A DNA stretch of 64,000 bases, from NCBI GenBank assembly GCA_050613775.1, contig JBODTK010000014.1, positions 682,001 through 746,000 on the forward strand, read 5' to 3'. Shown here piece after piece: positions 1-12,931 of this stretch. This DNA comes from Neocallimastix sp. 'constans'. Its lineage: Eukaryota. Below the pieces are notes generated by a model, which saw nothing but the letters and a program-made list of their open reading frames with translations, did no database searches and had not been told where the DNA came from. Made by a program: the position numbers and the translations under genes. The number at the start of each line of letters is the position of its first letter. Position 1 is the first letter of the stretch.

Positions 1-849
1 ATTTATTTATTTATTTATTTTATTAAAATTATTTTAAATTATTAATTTATAAGGATGGCCATTTTTATTAATGGTTGAAGTTAATAATTTTAATTATGGT
101 ATTAATTTATTAGTACGGGTGATATTTTATATCAACCTTTAATACAATAATATAAATAAACTGTTTAATATATATATATATAATATTATGATTATTAAAT
201 ATAATACTCCATAGTCAATTAATATGAATTTATTAACAATTATTAACCCAAATATGTGGACATATAGATTATTTAATACAATCATGTGATATAAAATGGT
301 AAGGGTTTAATTTATGTAGAAAAAAAATTTTTTTGTTTTTTGAACTTTTATTTTATTTTTATTTAAATTATAATAAAATGAATTATTTTAATTCTTTTCT
401 CTTTAATTTTCATAGTAATAAGAGAAGTCTATCAATATGCTAATTTAAATTATAAAGTTATGCAAGAAGAATGCAAATAGTAATAAGTTAAGAAGCCTTA
501 TTATTTTTTTTTTCTTGTATTATTTCATTTGTACAAATTGTTATAATATACCTTTATCTAAAATTATTGTATAGCTATTCTATGCTACATTACATTATCT
601 ATGATATTACTACATTAATTTAATACGTTAAAGATGAAACTAATTTTTGAAATAATTAACATATTTTATTTTAGAAATTTCAAATTATTACAATTAGTAA
701 TATTCATAGCATATTCCATCATATCGTATTCATCATATCCTATCCTATAAAATTGAATTTATTATGAACCATTCATGTCTTTATTAAAGCAATAAATATA
801 CAGAAAAAAATTTAGTTGGCTGAGGTAACTCTTAATAAATAAAATTCAT

Positions 850-949
850 TAAAAAATATTTTTAATAACCTATATACTAATATTGTTATACTAATATTGT
901 TATACTAATATTGTTATATTAGTATATAGGTTATTAAAAATATTTTTTA
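850..949. repeat. Perfect 34-bp inverted repeat (foldback/MITE-like) around a 14-bp tandem unit
   Basis: 850-883 TAAAAAATATTTTTAATAACCTATATACTAATAT is the reverse complement of 916-949. TATACTAATATTGT is tandemly repeated about 3 times from the left arm through the spacer. Confidence 0.8.
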
Positions 950-1114
950 TCATATATAACATCATCTATGTATTTATTGTATATTTTACATATAAAACGT
1001 AAATCCTTAATAATTATATATAACAAGGTTTAAAACATTAAAAAAAAAACTTTTTATTCGTTTCTCTTTTTATATTAACAATTAATAAATAATAAAACTT
1101 TAATAGTAAAAAGA

Positions 1115-1813
1115 TGATATGAAATGAAAATAAAAACCTTAATTATTAATAAATTATTTTATTAATAATTACATAAAAATAAATCAATTAATCACTTGAT
1201 TAATTATCATATGATTTATAAAATGATCCAGAAATAACGTGATATAAGATAAATTTATGTAATATCATAAATTCTCTAAAAATACATAAAATTAATGTAA
1301 ACATAAAATTTATAACATAAATTTTATGTTATGTAAATATGTAAATAATTTATAAATTAATTAAGTTTTATTTTATTTCATTTTAATTATTTTTATTATA
1401 TTTTTATTATATTTTTATATGTTCTAATTATTATAATATTTTATTACTTATACTTTTTAATTCTTATTATTTTAAAATAGTTTATAATTAAATTCTTATT
1501 ATTTTAAAATAGTTTATAATTAAAGAGTATTATATAAAGAATACTTTTTCTTTATATTTATTCTTTGTAATTTTGCAGTTTTGCAAATTGCCATTCATGC
1601 AATTCAAATAGTTAAAATTATAATAATAAATTGCCAAAATAAAAATATTTTATTAGTAAAATTAATTTAGTAATATTTAATATGAAGTTATAAAAATTAT
1701 TAGTTATTTAAATAAATTTAAATTATAAAATAAATAAATAAATATTTAATAAATAAATAAATAAAATTATATTATATTAATAAATTTCATAAATAAATTA
1801 TATAACTTCTCCC
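1115..1813 (+). repeat. Dispersed ~700-bp non-coding repeat, inverted copy of ~33925-34600
   Basis: Colinear shared blocks ATCACTTGAT, AAATAACGTGATATAA, AAAGAATACTTTTTCTTTATATTTATTCTTTG and TATAACTTCTCCCA occur reverse-complemented at 33925-34600. Confidence 0.8.
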
Positions 1814-2425
1814 AGTAAGAGAGTGAACCAAGGTGTACTTTATCAAAGAGTTAAATAGTTAAACTTTTATATAAATTGATTATTTATAAAAAAAAAAAAA
1901 ATAGCATTACATACTTAATATAAAAGAATATTAATATTAGATATAAAAATATTTGATCTAAATATATTTATTATAATTTAAATATTCTTACATTAATAAA
2001 TTATGATATTAAATATTATTACAATTTAATATGATTAATTATTATTATTACAATTTAATATAAATTATTATTATTATTACAATTTAATATAAATTATTAT
2101 TAATTATTATTAATTATTATTTATTTATTATAATTTATTATTAATTATTATTAATTATTATTTATTTATTATAATTTATTATTAATTATTATTAATTATA
2201 ATTTATTATTATTTATTATTAATTATCTTTTATTATTATCTTTTATTATTAATTAGAATTTAAAAAAATTAAAACAAAATTTTTAATAGAATTAATTAAA
2301 TAATAATAAAAATTTAGTTTTTAATAAACACACTAATTAATCATTTGTATTTAGTTTTATTAAATAAAAAAATTTTTTTTATATATTATTTTATAACGCA
2401 TATTGTATCATATTGTATGGATAAA

Positions 2426-2594
2426 TTTTTTTTTTTTTTTTCGTTTCCAGTTGAAACTTAGGATGTACCACCCTAAGTTTCAGCTTCACTCCCTTCACGA
2501 CATGGCAGTATTGAGGCTATGATATCTTCCTATGTGAAAGTATAGGCAGATATTGTCCCTGATGGATAGCCTTTTACTGAGTATGGCCGTCCAA
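2426..2594 (-). mobile_element. Short retroposed structured element (SINE-like, or retrocopy of an ncRNA or LINE 3' end) with A16 tail
   Basis: GC-richer island. T16 at 2426-2441 is a poly(A) tail on the - strand. 12-bp TSD TGTATGGATAAA at 2414-2425 and 2595-2606. Two long hairpins. Confidence 0.85.
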
Positions 2595-3149
2595 TGTATG
2601 GATAAAGAATGTATATACATCCAGTATTTATTATATTTATTATATGTATTATATATATATTATATGTATTATATGTATTATTTACTATATTTATTATAAT
2701 TATTATATATATGTATTATATATTATATTATATATTATATATTATATATTATATATTATATATATTATATTTATTTTGTATATATTATGTAATATATAAT
2801 AAAGTTAAGTTTTATCCATTTTAACTTGTAACAAGAAATATTAAAAAAAAATTTTTTTATTATTAACCGATTTAAATTTAAATCATTATTTATTATAATT
2901 AAAGTTTGTTTAAAAAATATTAATTTTGACTCTTTTAGGAAAAAGGGATAAATAATGTTTAAGTTAAAAAAAAATTTTTTTTCTTAGTTTTGATTTTGAA
3001 TTTAATAAAAAAATTATATTCATATATATTAGCCAGTATAATATAATATAATTTAAGTATATATAATTAATAATGAGCAGATAATAGTTTTTGTAATATG
3101 TTATTATTATTATTATTTTGCTTTATTAATATATTTATTATTTCAATAA

Positions 3150-4860
3150 TTGAATAATAAATCATAAATAATAAATCATAAATCATAAATAATAAATCAT
3201 AAATAATAAATCATAAATAATAAATAATAAATAATAAATAATAAATAATAAATAATAAATAATGAATAATAAATAATAAATAATAAATAATAAATAATAA
3301 ATAATAAATAATAAATAATAAATAATAAATAATAAATAATTGAATAATAAATAATAAATAATAAATAATAAGTAATAAATAATGAATAATAAATAATAAA
3401 TAATGAATAATAAATAATAAATAATAAATAATAAATAATAAATAATAAATAATAAATAATAAATAATAAATAATAAATAATAAATAATAAATAATAAATA
3501 ATAAATAATAAATAATAAATAATAAATAATAAATAATAAATAATAAATAATAAATAATAAATAATAAATAATAAAAAAAAGAGTATTTATTAATAAATAA
3601 TAAATAATAAATAATAAAAAAAAGAGTATTTATTAATAAATAATAAATAATAAATAATAAATAATAAATAATAAATAATAAATAATAAATAATAAATAAT
3701 AAATAATAAATAATGAATAATGAATAATGAATAATAAATAATAAATAATAAATAATAAATAATAAATAATGAATAATAAATAATAAATAATAAATAATCA
3801 ATAATAAATAATTGAATATTGAATAATTGAATAATTGAATAATAAATACTAAATAACTATTAGTTAAAAGCTAAATCACTAATTATTGATCATTTAATGA
3901 TTAAGCAAAAATTAATAATCAATAATAATTAAAATAATAAAAGGGGAAGATAGCACCAAAGTTTTAACTATAGTTTTCTTTTATTTATAATTATTTAATA
4001 TTTTTTTTAATAAAAAAAATAACTAAATAACCCTCAAATTCATAATTAAAAAAAAAATTAATAATAATAATATTTTTATTTTTTTTACCACATTAAAAAA
4101 TAATATCGAAAATTTTATATTGATATAAATCTTTTATTGTTATAAAAAAAAATTTAAAACCATTATAAAATTAAATTATATTATATATCATATCATTTAT
4201 ATTTAAAGATTTGTATATTAATGAAAAAAAAGTTTTTTTTTTTAATCTATGCCTATTTATTTTAATATGATAGTATATTTTATTATTTAATTATTTATTA
4301 TTTATTATTCAATTATTTATTATTTATTATTTATTATTCAATTATTTATTATTCAATTATTTATTATTTATTATTTATTATTCAATTATTTATTATTTAT
4401 TATTTATTATTTATTATTCATTATTCATTATTTATTATTTATTATTCATTATTTATTATTTATTATTTATTATTTATTATTTATTATTTATTATTTATTT
4501 ATTTATTATTTATTATTTATTATTTATTATTTATTATTTATTATTTATTATTTATTACTTATTATTTATTATTTATTATTTATTATTTATTATTCAATTA
4601 TTTATTATTTATTATTTATTATTTATTATTTATTATTTATTATTTATTATTTATTATTTATTATTTATTATTTATTAATAAATACTCTTTTTATTATTAT
4701 TTATTATTTATTATTTATTATTTATTATTTATTATTTATTATTTATTATTTATTACTTATTATTTATTATTTATTATTTATTATTTATTATCTATTATTT
4801 ATTATTTATTATTTATTATTTATTATTTATTATTTATTATTTATTATTTATTATTTATTA
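3150..4860. repeat. (AATAAAT)n heptamer satellite arms in inverted orientation (~3150-3850 and ~4280-4860)
   Basis: AATAAAT array, ~430-bp spacer, then ATTTATT array. Both arms carry the variant AAAAAGAGTATTTATTAATAA or its reverse complement. Confidence 0.8.
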
Positions 4861-7800
4861 ATTTATTTCATAATATAAATAAAAATTAGAAATATATATG
4901 TATAAAAATATAATATATTATTATATTTATATATTAACTTGAGTATAATTTAATACATTTACTATTTATTTAATTATTTATTCAATTATTCATTGTTTAT
5001 AAAAAAAAATTAATATATATATTATCAATAATTTATTTATTTTAAATATATTTAATATTTACTATTTACTATTTAATTATTATTAGCAATAGAATATTTA
5101 CTATTTACTATTTACTATTTAATATTTACTATTTAATATAGAATATTTACTATGTAATATAGAATATTTACTATTATTTATTAATCTTGTAATATTAAAA
5201 ATATTAAATATCTTTTTTGATTATGTAAAATAAAATAAAAATTTTTTTTTTTAATAAATTCTTTTAATTAAAGATTATTATACTTTTTTTTTTTATTTTT
5301 TTTTTATCCAATTCATATATTAAAAATTAATTAAATTATTTTTTATGATTATTCTTTTTTCTTCTTTCAGATGAAAACTGGCTAAACAATATAAATCATC
5401 ATTTTCTTAAATCTTAAAAAATCTGTATTTTTTTTTTTTTTTTTTTTGTTTATATATATGTTTCATTTAATAAGTGACTCTTTTTTCTTTTTGTTTATTT
5501 TGTTTATATATATGTTTCATTTAATAAGTGACTCTTTTCTTTTTTTCTGTTTATATATATGTTTCATTTAATAATTGATATTTATATAAAATAAAATATA
5601 AATATAAATATTTATATTCTACTTTATTAATATTTCTATAGAATTATCTTAATTATATTCGTAACGAGTTTAATTATTTCTTAGTGGATTTTATAAATAT
5701 TCGTAACAAGTTTAATTATTTCTTAGTGGATTTTATTTTTTTTAAATATTAACAGAATTAGAATATAATAAAAATTTATTATTTAATATTTATTCATTTA
5801 TAATATTTATATATATATAATAGATGAGATAGATATTCAATCCTAATCATAAAAAAAAATTAGATAGTTTCTGTTAATTTAATAAAATAAAAAAAAAAGT
5901 CATAATGAATTAATCTTATGATTAAAAATAAAGAAAATTAATGAAAACAAGATTAATTAAATGAAGAAAAAAATAATAAAAAAAAAAAAAAAAAGAAAAA
6001 TAGAATGAATAAAAAGTCTCCAGAAGTCTCCAGCAATAAAAATATTTTTATAATTATTAAAAAATTAAAAAAAAAAAAAATTAATTTAGCTTTGATTTTT
6101 ATTCAAAAATTTATTAATATTGTCAGTTTTTTTTTTTTTTTTTTTTTTTTTTTATTTTATACTTTTTTTATTAATTTTTTTTCCAATACTATTATTATTA
6201 TTCTCTATTATTCTCTATTATTCTCTATTGATTATTTTTTATTATTATTGCTCATTTACTATTATTATTCTCTATTATTATTATTTACTATTATAATTAT
6301 TTACTATTATTATTATTATTTCCTTTTATGATGACTATTATTTCTTTTTTTTTTTTTTATTTTTTTGTTAAAAAAAAAAAGATCATTAAATATATAAAAA
6401 AATTAAATATATATATAAAGTTATTGTTAAGACTTTTAAATAAAATAAATTATTATTTTTTTTCATTTCTTTGTTTTATTTATATATTGTTCCTATTATT
6501 ATTGTTAATTATTATTAACTATTATTAACTATTAATTATTTACTATTATTAACTATTGTTAATTAATTATTATTAACTATTAATTAATTATTATTAACTA
6601 TTATTAACTATTGTTAATTAATTATTATTAACTATTATTAATTATTTTTTATTAACTATTATTAACTATTATTAATTATTTTTTATTACACAGAAAAATT
6701 TTACAAATTAAAAAAAAATTTTTTTAACCACATGCCGCTCGAAATTAAAATATGCAAATTTATTTAAATGATATATTCATTCATTTATTTATATTATAAT
6801 TTATTATTAGAAATAAGTAGAAACTTAATAAATTATTTAATAAATAAATAAATATAAAAAAAAGTTAATTTATTGATGCTTAGTAAAATTGAATAACTTT
6901 TACTCGGTTAATTTCATTAGTCGATTAGTCTATGTTGAAAGAGCATATATAATAATTTATTGTGCTATTAATTTATTGTACTTATATCCTTTAAATATTT
7001 TGATTATGAAGAATATTATTTAATTTTTTTTTTTTGAGATTTAATATTCAAAACGTAAACATATATTAAGAAAGGAATATTTTACATTTTAAAATAAAGA
7101 AATAAAGAAATATTCATTTATTTACTTTAGTAATCTGTTAGGACATGATATGAATTTATATCTTTGTTGTATATACTTATTTTGTTCATAATCTATAATT
7201 ATATAATAGTTAAAATCTTTCTTATCATTTATACAATTTAAATATATATATTAATTGAAAATAGTTGATAGATGAATAATCATGATATGATATATGATTA
7301 TGTACTATTATATGAAATTGGTTGATTAATCCTTTATAAGTTTTGTATTATTTTTTTATGTAGTTGTGGTAAAGTTAAATTTTTAAAATATATTTATTTA
7401 TTATAAAATATTTAAAAAAAACAAAAAAGATATGTAAAAGAAGAAGATATACTAATATTAATAGCTATAAGAATTTAAATAATGTTATATTGATTAATTA
7501 ATAATATTTTCTTTTATTATTATTATCTCTTATTATTTTACATTATACAATTATGTATAGGATTATTCTTTAATTCTTTTGCCAAATTATTATGATTATG
7601 ATTTATTTTTGTTTATTTATTAAAATTTTAATATATAGATGATATATTACAATAATATGTTTTAATTAAACTTTATTATATATTTAATTTTCATTTAAAT
7701 TTATTTTTGTACTATTTAAATAAATGAACCACTTAAACCCATTTAAGTACTTTCCAATTATAGAATTATAGGGAAAACAACACAAAAAAAAAAAACACAC

Positions 7801-8710
7801 ACACACAAAATAAAATTATTCAAATATTAATAAAATATATTTATTATGTAACGAAACCAAATATATATAAAATATAATATATATTTATTTTTAATTTAAT
7901 TTAAATATCGTTAAGCGTTTCACATCTTTTATCAAAAGAAATATAAATAAAATAAAAAAAAATTGAAATCTTTTTATTGGTTCCCTCCTCAGAATAAATT
8001 AAAAATATCAAATAAAAAAAAAAAAAAGATACACGAATAAAAATTTAAAAAAAAATAATAATTTAAAATTTTAAAAAAAAAATTTTTTTTAATAATTATA
8101 AATAAAAAAAAGTTTATATATAATAAATTAAATAATAAATAATAAATTAAATAATAAATAATAAATTAAAAATTAAATACAAAATAGAATTATAGAATAC
8201 TATTGTATATATAAATGAATAAACAACAAAATAGACATCATTCATACATAAATATATGGTTAATATATGTATAATAGAAATAGTTATATAAGGCATACCT
8301 ATTTTATATACATAGTTTTATAGGAATTAAAAAAGTTTTTATTAATAAAAGTTAAACAATTTTCAAAACATTTTTGTATATTAAATTATATTAAATAATG
8401 ATTATTATAAATAAAATAAAAAAAAAAAAAGCTATAAAAAAGGTTAATTTCCTTTTAAAATTTTAAACAAACACATTTTAAAAAAAAAATTAAAAAAAAA
8501 ATTAAAAAAAATTAAAAAAAATAAAAAAAAAAAAAAAAAAAAAAAAAAAATAAATAAAATAAAAAAAAAATTTTAACAAAAGTTAAAAAAAAAAATAAAT
8601 AAATTAAAAAAAAAATAAAAAGAAAATAATAGAATAAAAAATTTTTAATAAAGTTTAAACAAAACTAATATATATACCAAAGAATTAAATTAATAAGTTA
8701 AATTAACAAA

Positions 8711-10948
8711 ATGAGATTAAACAAAATTTTATTAGCACTTGTTGCTGCATTAGCCATTCAAACTGCTGATGCTGCTACTAAAACACTTCCAAATACTAAA
8801 ACTCTTCCAAGTACTAAAACTCTTCCAAAGACCAAGACTCTTCCAGTCACCAAGACTCTTCCAATAAGTAAGACTCTTCCAAACACTAAGGTCTCTAAGA
8901 CTCTTCCAAACACCAAGGTTTCTAAGACTCTTCCAAACACCAAGGTCTCTAAGACTCTTCCAAACACCAAGGTCTCTAAGACTCTTCCAAACACCAAGGT
9001 CTCTAAGACTCTTCCAAACACTAAGGTCTCTAAGACTCTTCCAAACACCAAGGTAAGCAAGACTCTTCCAAATACCAAGGTTTCTAAGACTCTTCCAAAC
9101 ACCAAGGTTTCTAAGACTCTTCCAAACACTAAGACTCTTCCAAAGACCAAGACTCTTCCAAACACCAAGGTTTCTAAGACTCTTCCAAAGACCAAGACTC
9201 TTCCAAACACCAAGGTAAGCAAGACTCTTCCAAATACCAAGGTTTCTAAGACTCTTCCAAACACCAAGGTTTCTAAGACTCTTCCAAACACTAAGACTCT
9301 TCCAAAGACCAAGACTCTTCCAAACACCAAGGTTTCTAAGACTCTTCCAAACACAAAGACTCTTCCAAAGACCAAGACTCTTCCAAACACCAAGGTTTCT
9401 AAGACTCTTCCAAACACTAAGACTCTTCCAAAGACCAAGACTCTTCCAAACACTAAGACTCTTCCAAATACCAAGGTTTCTAAGACTCTTCCAAACACAA
9501 AGACTCTTCCAAACACAAAGACTCTTCCAAAGACCAAGACTCTTCCAAACACCAAGGTTTCTAAGACTCTTCCAAACACTAAGACTCTTCCAAAGACCAA
9601 GACTCTTCCAAACACCAAGGTTTCTAAGACTCTTCCAAACACTAAGACTCTTCCAAAGACCAAGACTCTTCCAAACACCAAGGTTTCTAAGACTCTTCCA
9701 AACACTAAGACTCTTCCAAAGACCAAGGTTTCTAAGACTCTTCCAAACACAAAGACTCTTCCAAAGACCAAGACTCTTCCAAACACCAAGGTAAGCAAGA
9801 CACTTCCAAACACTAAGACTCTTCCAAATACCAAGGTTTCTAAGACTCTTCCAAACACCAAGACTCTTCCAGTCACCAAGACCAAGACTCTTCCAAACAC
9901 CAAGACTCTTCCAAACACTAAGGTTTCTAAGACTCTTCCAAACACCAAGACTCTTCCAAACACTAAGGTTTCTAAGACTCTTCCAAACACCAAGACTCTT
10001 CCAAACACTAAGGTTTCTAAGACTCTTCCAAACACCAAGACTCTTCCAAACACTAAGGTTTCTAAGACTCTTCCAAACACCAAGACTCTTCCAAACACTA
10101 AGGTTTCTAAGACTCTTCCAAACACCAAGACTCTTCCAAACACTAAGGTTTCTAAGACTCTTCCAAACACCAAGACTCTTCCAGTCACTAAGACCAAGAC
10201 TCTTCCAGTCACCAAGACCAAGACTCTTCCAAACACTAAGGTTTCTAAGACTCTTCCAAACACCAAGACTCTTCCAGTCACTAAGACCAAGACTCTTCCA
10301 GTCACCAAGACCAAGACTCTTCCAGTCACCAAGACCAAGACTCTTCCAGTCACTAAGACCAAGACTCTTCCAGTCACTAAGACCAAGACTCTTCCAAACA
10401 CCAAGACTCTTCCAGTCACCAAGACCAAGACTCTTCCAAACACCAAGACTCTTCCAGTCACTAAGACCAAGACTCTTCCAAACACCAAGACTCTTCCAGT
10501 CACTAAGACCAAGACTCTTCCAAACACCAAGACTCTTCCAGTCACCAAGACCAAGACTCTTCCAAACACCAAGACTCTTCCAGTCACCAAGACCAAGACT
10601 CTTCCAGTCACTAAGACCAAGACTCTTCCAGTCACCAAGACCAAGACTCTTCCAATCACTAAGACCAAGACTCTTCCAATCACTAAGACCAAGACTCTTC
10701 CAAACACCAAGACTCTTCCAAATACTACTAGAGCTCAAACAACTACTCAACCAAGACCAACTTATCAACCACAACCAGATAATGACTACTACTCTTGTGA
10801 TAAGGATGACTGGCCATGCAAACAACAAAAATCTGATGCTTGTTATGCTGAATTAAACGCTTGCTGGAGTAGACCATGGTCTGAAGCTTTACAAGTTGAA
10901 TGTTTAGCTATTAACGAAAAGTGTTCTAAGATTTGGATTTATGCCTAA
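8711..10948 (+). CDS. Secreted Lys/Thr/Pro-rich tandem-repeat (KTLP) protein with a C-terminal 6-Cys domain
   Basis: 745-aa intronless ORF. Signal peptide MRLNKILLALVAALAIQTADA; ~650 aa of KTLP(N/K/V)T, SKTLPNTKV and KTLPVTKT repeats; C-terminal CDKDDWPC...C...CW...C...C. Sharp GC rise relative to flanks. Confidence 0.9.
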   Translation: MRLNKILLALVAALAIQTADAATKTLPNTKTLPSTKTLPKTKTLPVTKTLPISKTLPNTKVSKTLPNTKVSKTLPNTKVSKTLPNTKVSKTLPNTKVSKTLPNTKVSKTLPNTKVSKTLPNTKVSKTLPNTKVSKTLPNTKTLPKTKTLPNTKVSKTLPKTKTLPNTKVSKTLPNTKVSKTLPNTKVSKTLPNTKTLPKTKTLPNTKVSKTLPNTKTLPKTKTLPNTKVSKTLPNTKTLPKTKTLPNTKTLPNTKVSKTLPNTKTLPNTKTLPKTKTLPNTKVSKTLPNTKTLPKTKTLPNTKVSKTLPNTKTLPKTKTLPNTKVSKTLPNTKTLPKTKVSKTLPNTKTLPKTKTLPNTKVSKTLPNTKTLPNTKVSKTLPNTKTLPVTKTKTLPNTKTLPNTKVSKTLPNTKTLPNTKVSKTLPNTKTLPNTKVSKTLPNTKTLPNTKVSKTLPNTKTLPNTKVSKTLPNTKTLPNTKVSKTLPNTKTLPVTKTKTLPVTKTKTLPNTKVSKTLPNTKTLPVTKTKTLPVTKTKTLPVTKTKTLPVTKTKTLPVTKTKTLPNTKTLPVTKTKTLPNTKTLPVTKTKTLPNTKTLPVTKTKTLPNTKTLPVTKTKTLPNTKTLPVTKTKTLPVTKTKTLPVTKTKTLPITKTKTLPITKTKTLPNTKTLPNTTRAQTTTQPRPTYQPQPDNDYYSCDKDDWPCKQQKSDACYAELNACWSRPWSEALQVECLAINEKCSKIWIYA

Positions 10949-12278
10949 GGAGTTTTATAGAAATGCTAATAAAGTATAATTAATATTATAAAAAAGTAGT
11001 AATATTTAATTATATTCTAGAGATTTTTTTTCTTTTTCAAAAATAAAAAATTTTTATTTATAATTTAAAATAAAAAAGGAAGGAAAAGAAAATAAAAAAA
11101 ATATTAATAGAATTCAAATATAAACTAATTCTTTCTATATAATTAATTTAATAAATAAACAATTATAAATATCAAAGGAAATTTATTAATAATATGAAAA
11201 ATTTCTGAATTTTTAAAACTTATCCAGTTTTAATTTAAATGTAAAATAAATTAGAATTTCTCAAAAATTTTAAACTAAAGCTGGAAAAAGAAAAACAAAA
11301 AATAATAAAAAAAAAAAAAAAAGAAGAGAGAAAGTAACATATATATTAAAAAGACGAATATATGTAATGATCAACTCTTTAAAAAGAATAATAATAAAAT
11401 TTTATAATAATTTTATAATATTCTTTTTTTTTTTTTTTTTTTTAAAAAATCCTATATAAAGAAGTAATATATAATCCTTATATTATAAGAAAATAAAAAT
11501 TAAACTGAAAGAATTTAAGAATAAAAAATATATAAAAAAATGAAGTAAATAAATATAAAATTTTTATATACAATAATAATAAATTTAATATTAAAAGAAT
11601 TTAATGTTTAAAAAATAATAATAATAAATGTTAAATAGTGTATTTTTTTTTATATTAAATTTAAAGTTATATTTATTATTATTATTTTATTTTTATTTTT
11701 TAATTTTTTTTCTTATAAGAATTTATTCATAGTAATTCCAATATCCATCAACCAAGAGTTGTTTTTAATATTAATATTTTTATAACGAATTAAATGTAAA
11801 TTTTTTATAAATGTATATTCAAAATAATATTATTATAAATAATAGTAATAATAATATTTTTTTTCTTTATTAAATAATTAATTTTAAAAACAAGACTTAA
11901 ATCCCAAACCAAGATTTAACAAAATAGGAAAATTAAAAATAAAAATTAAAAAGTTTAAAAATACTTAATAATAATAATAATAATAAAAAAAAAGTAAATC
12001 TTTTTTTATCGTTGAACGATAGAGAAAGAATTACTTTAACCAAAAAAAAAAAAAAAAAATAAAAAAATAAATAAAAAAAATAAAAAATAAAAAATAAAAA
12101 ATAAAAAATAAAAATAAGAATAAAAATAAAAATTAAAAACGACAAAAAAGAACAAACCAACCAACAAGAAAAAAAAAAGAAAAAAAATTATTACGTATAG
12201 GTTATAAATATTATTTTGATGGTGGTAGTAAGTTAGGTTTACTGAGAAAATGGTTATTTTAATTTCGTTTATTCAACG

Positions 12279-12325
<47 letters not shown>

Positions 12326-12388
12326 AAAAGTTTTACTGAGAAAAAAAAAAAAAAAAAATGGTTTTTTAATTTCGTTTATTCAACGTTT

Positions 12389-12433
<45 letters not shown>

Positions 12434-12437
<4 letters not shown>

Positions 12438-12900
12438 TTAGGCTCCTCTCTCTTAACATTGTGCTCTCTTTACAGAAATTTATTCCTCGGGCTAGTACTC
12501 GGCAAGGGTTACTATTCCGAAAGTATAAGCGCAAACTAACCAGGAGCGTCAACGCTGAAAATGCAGTAAGACAGGCTAGCAGGGCCAATGCTTCTGAAGG
12601 AGAAGATCATAATTTCTTTCAGATAGTCAATTCAAACCATAATCTATAAGGAGGTGAGGTTCGTTGCCTATGAACTTTTTTCTGAATTTATCTATACACT
12701 TATTTTTGATTATTACTTTTTATGTAACGTTACCATTTCATTTATTATTATGTTCAAACTGGACAAATAATATTTATTTATTTTATTAATTCTGTGTTTT
12801 TTTTTTTTTTTTTTATTTTTTTATTAAAATTAAAAATATTCATGTATTTTATATAAGAATAAGTAAATAAAGATTAAAGTTCGCAATAATTGCGGCTATT

Positions 12901-12931
<31 letters not shown>

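Noticed and set aside
2569..2577. GCCTTTTAC, identical to U5 snRNA loop 1
   Set aside because: No closing stem around it, it is already paired within a longer hairpin, and it is on the strand opposite the poly(A).
2442..2594. Hammerhead or HDV-like ribozyme, or intact 5S rRNA, in the retroposed element
   Set aside because: No CUGANGA core on the tailed strand, no HDV nested pseudoknot could be built by eye, and 5S similarity is limited to ~10 nt.
5447..5735. Short local tandem duplications (3 x ~45-50 bp, 2 x 41 bp; similar ones at ~12238-12390 and ~17980-18090)
   Set aside because: Ordinary slippage-type duplications with no further structure.
8750..10828. Two long antisense ORFs (692 and 650 aa) over the KTLP gene
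   Set aside because: Shadows of a repeat lacking antisense stops. Only the + frame has a signal peptide and unique termini.
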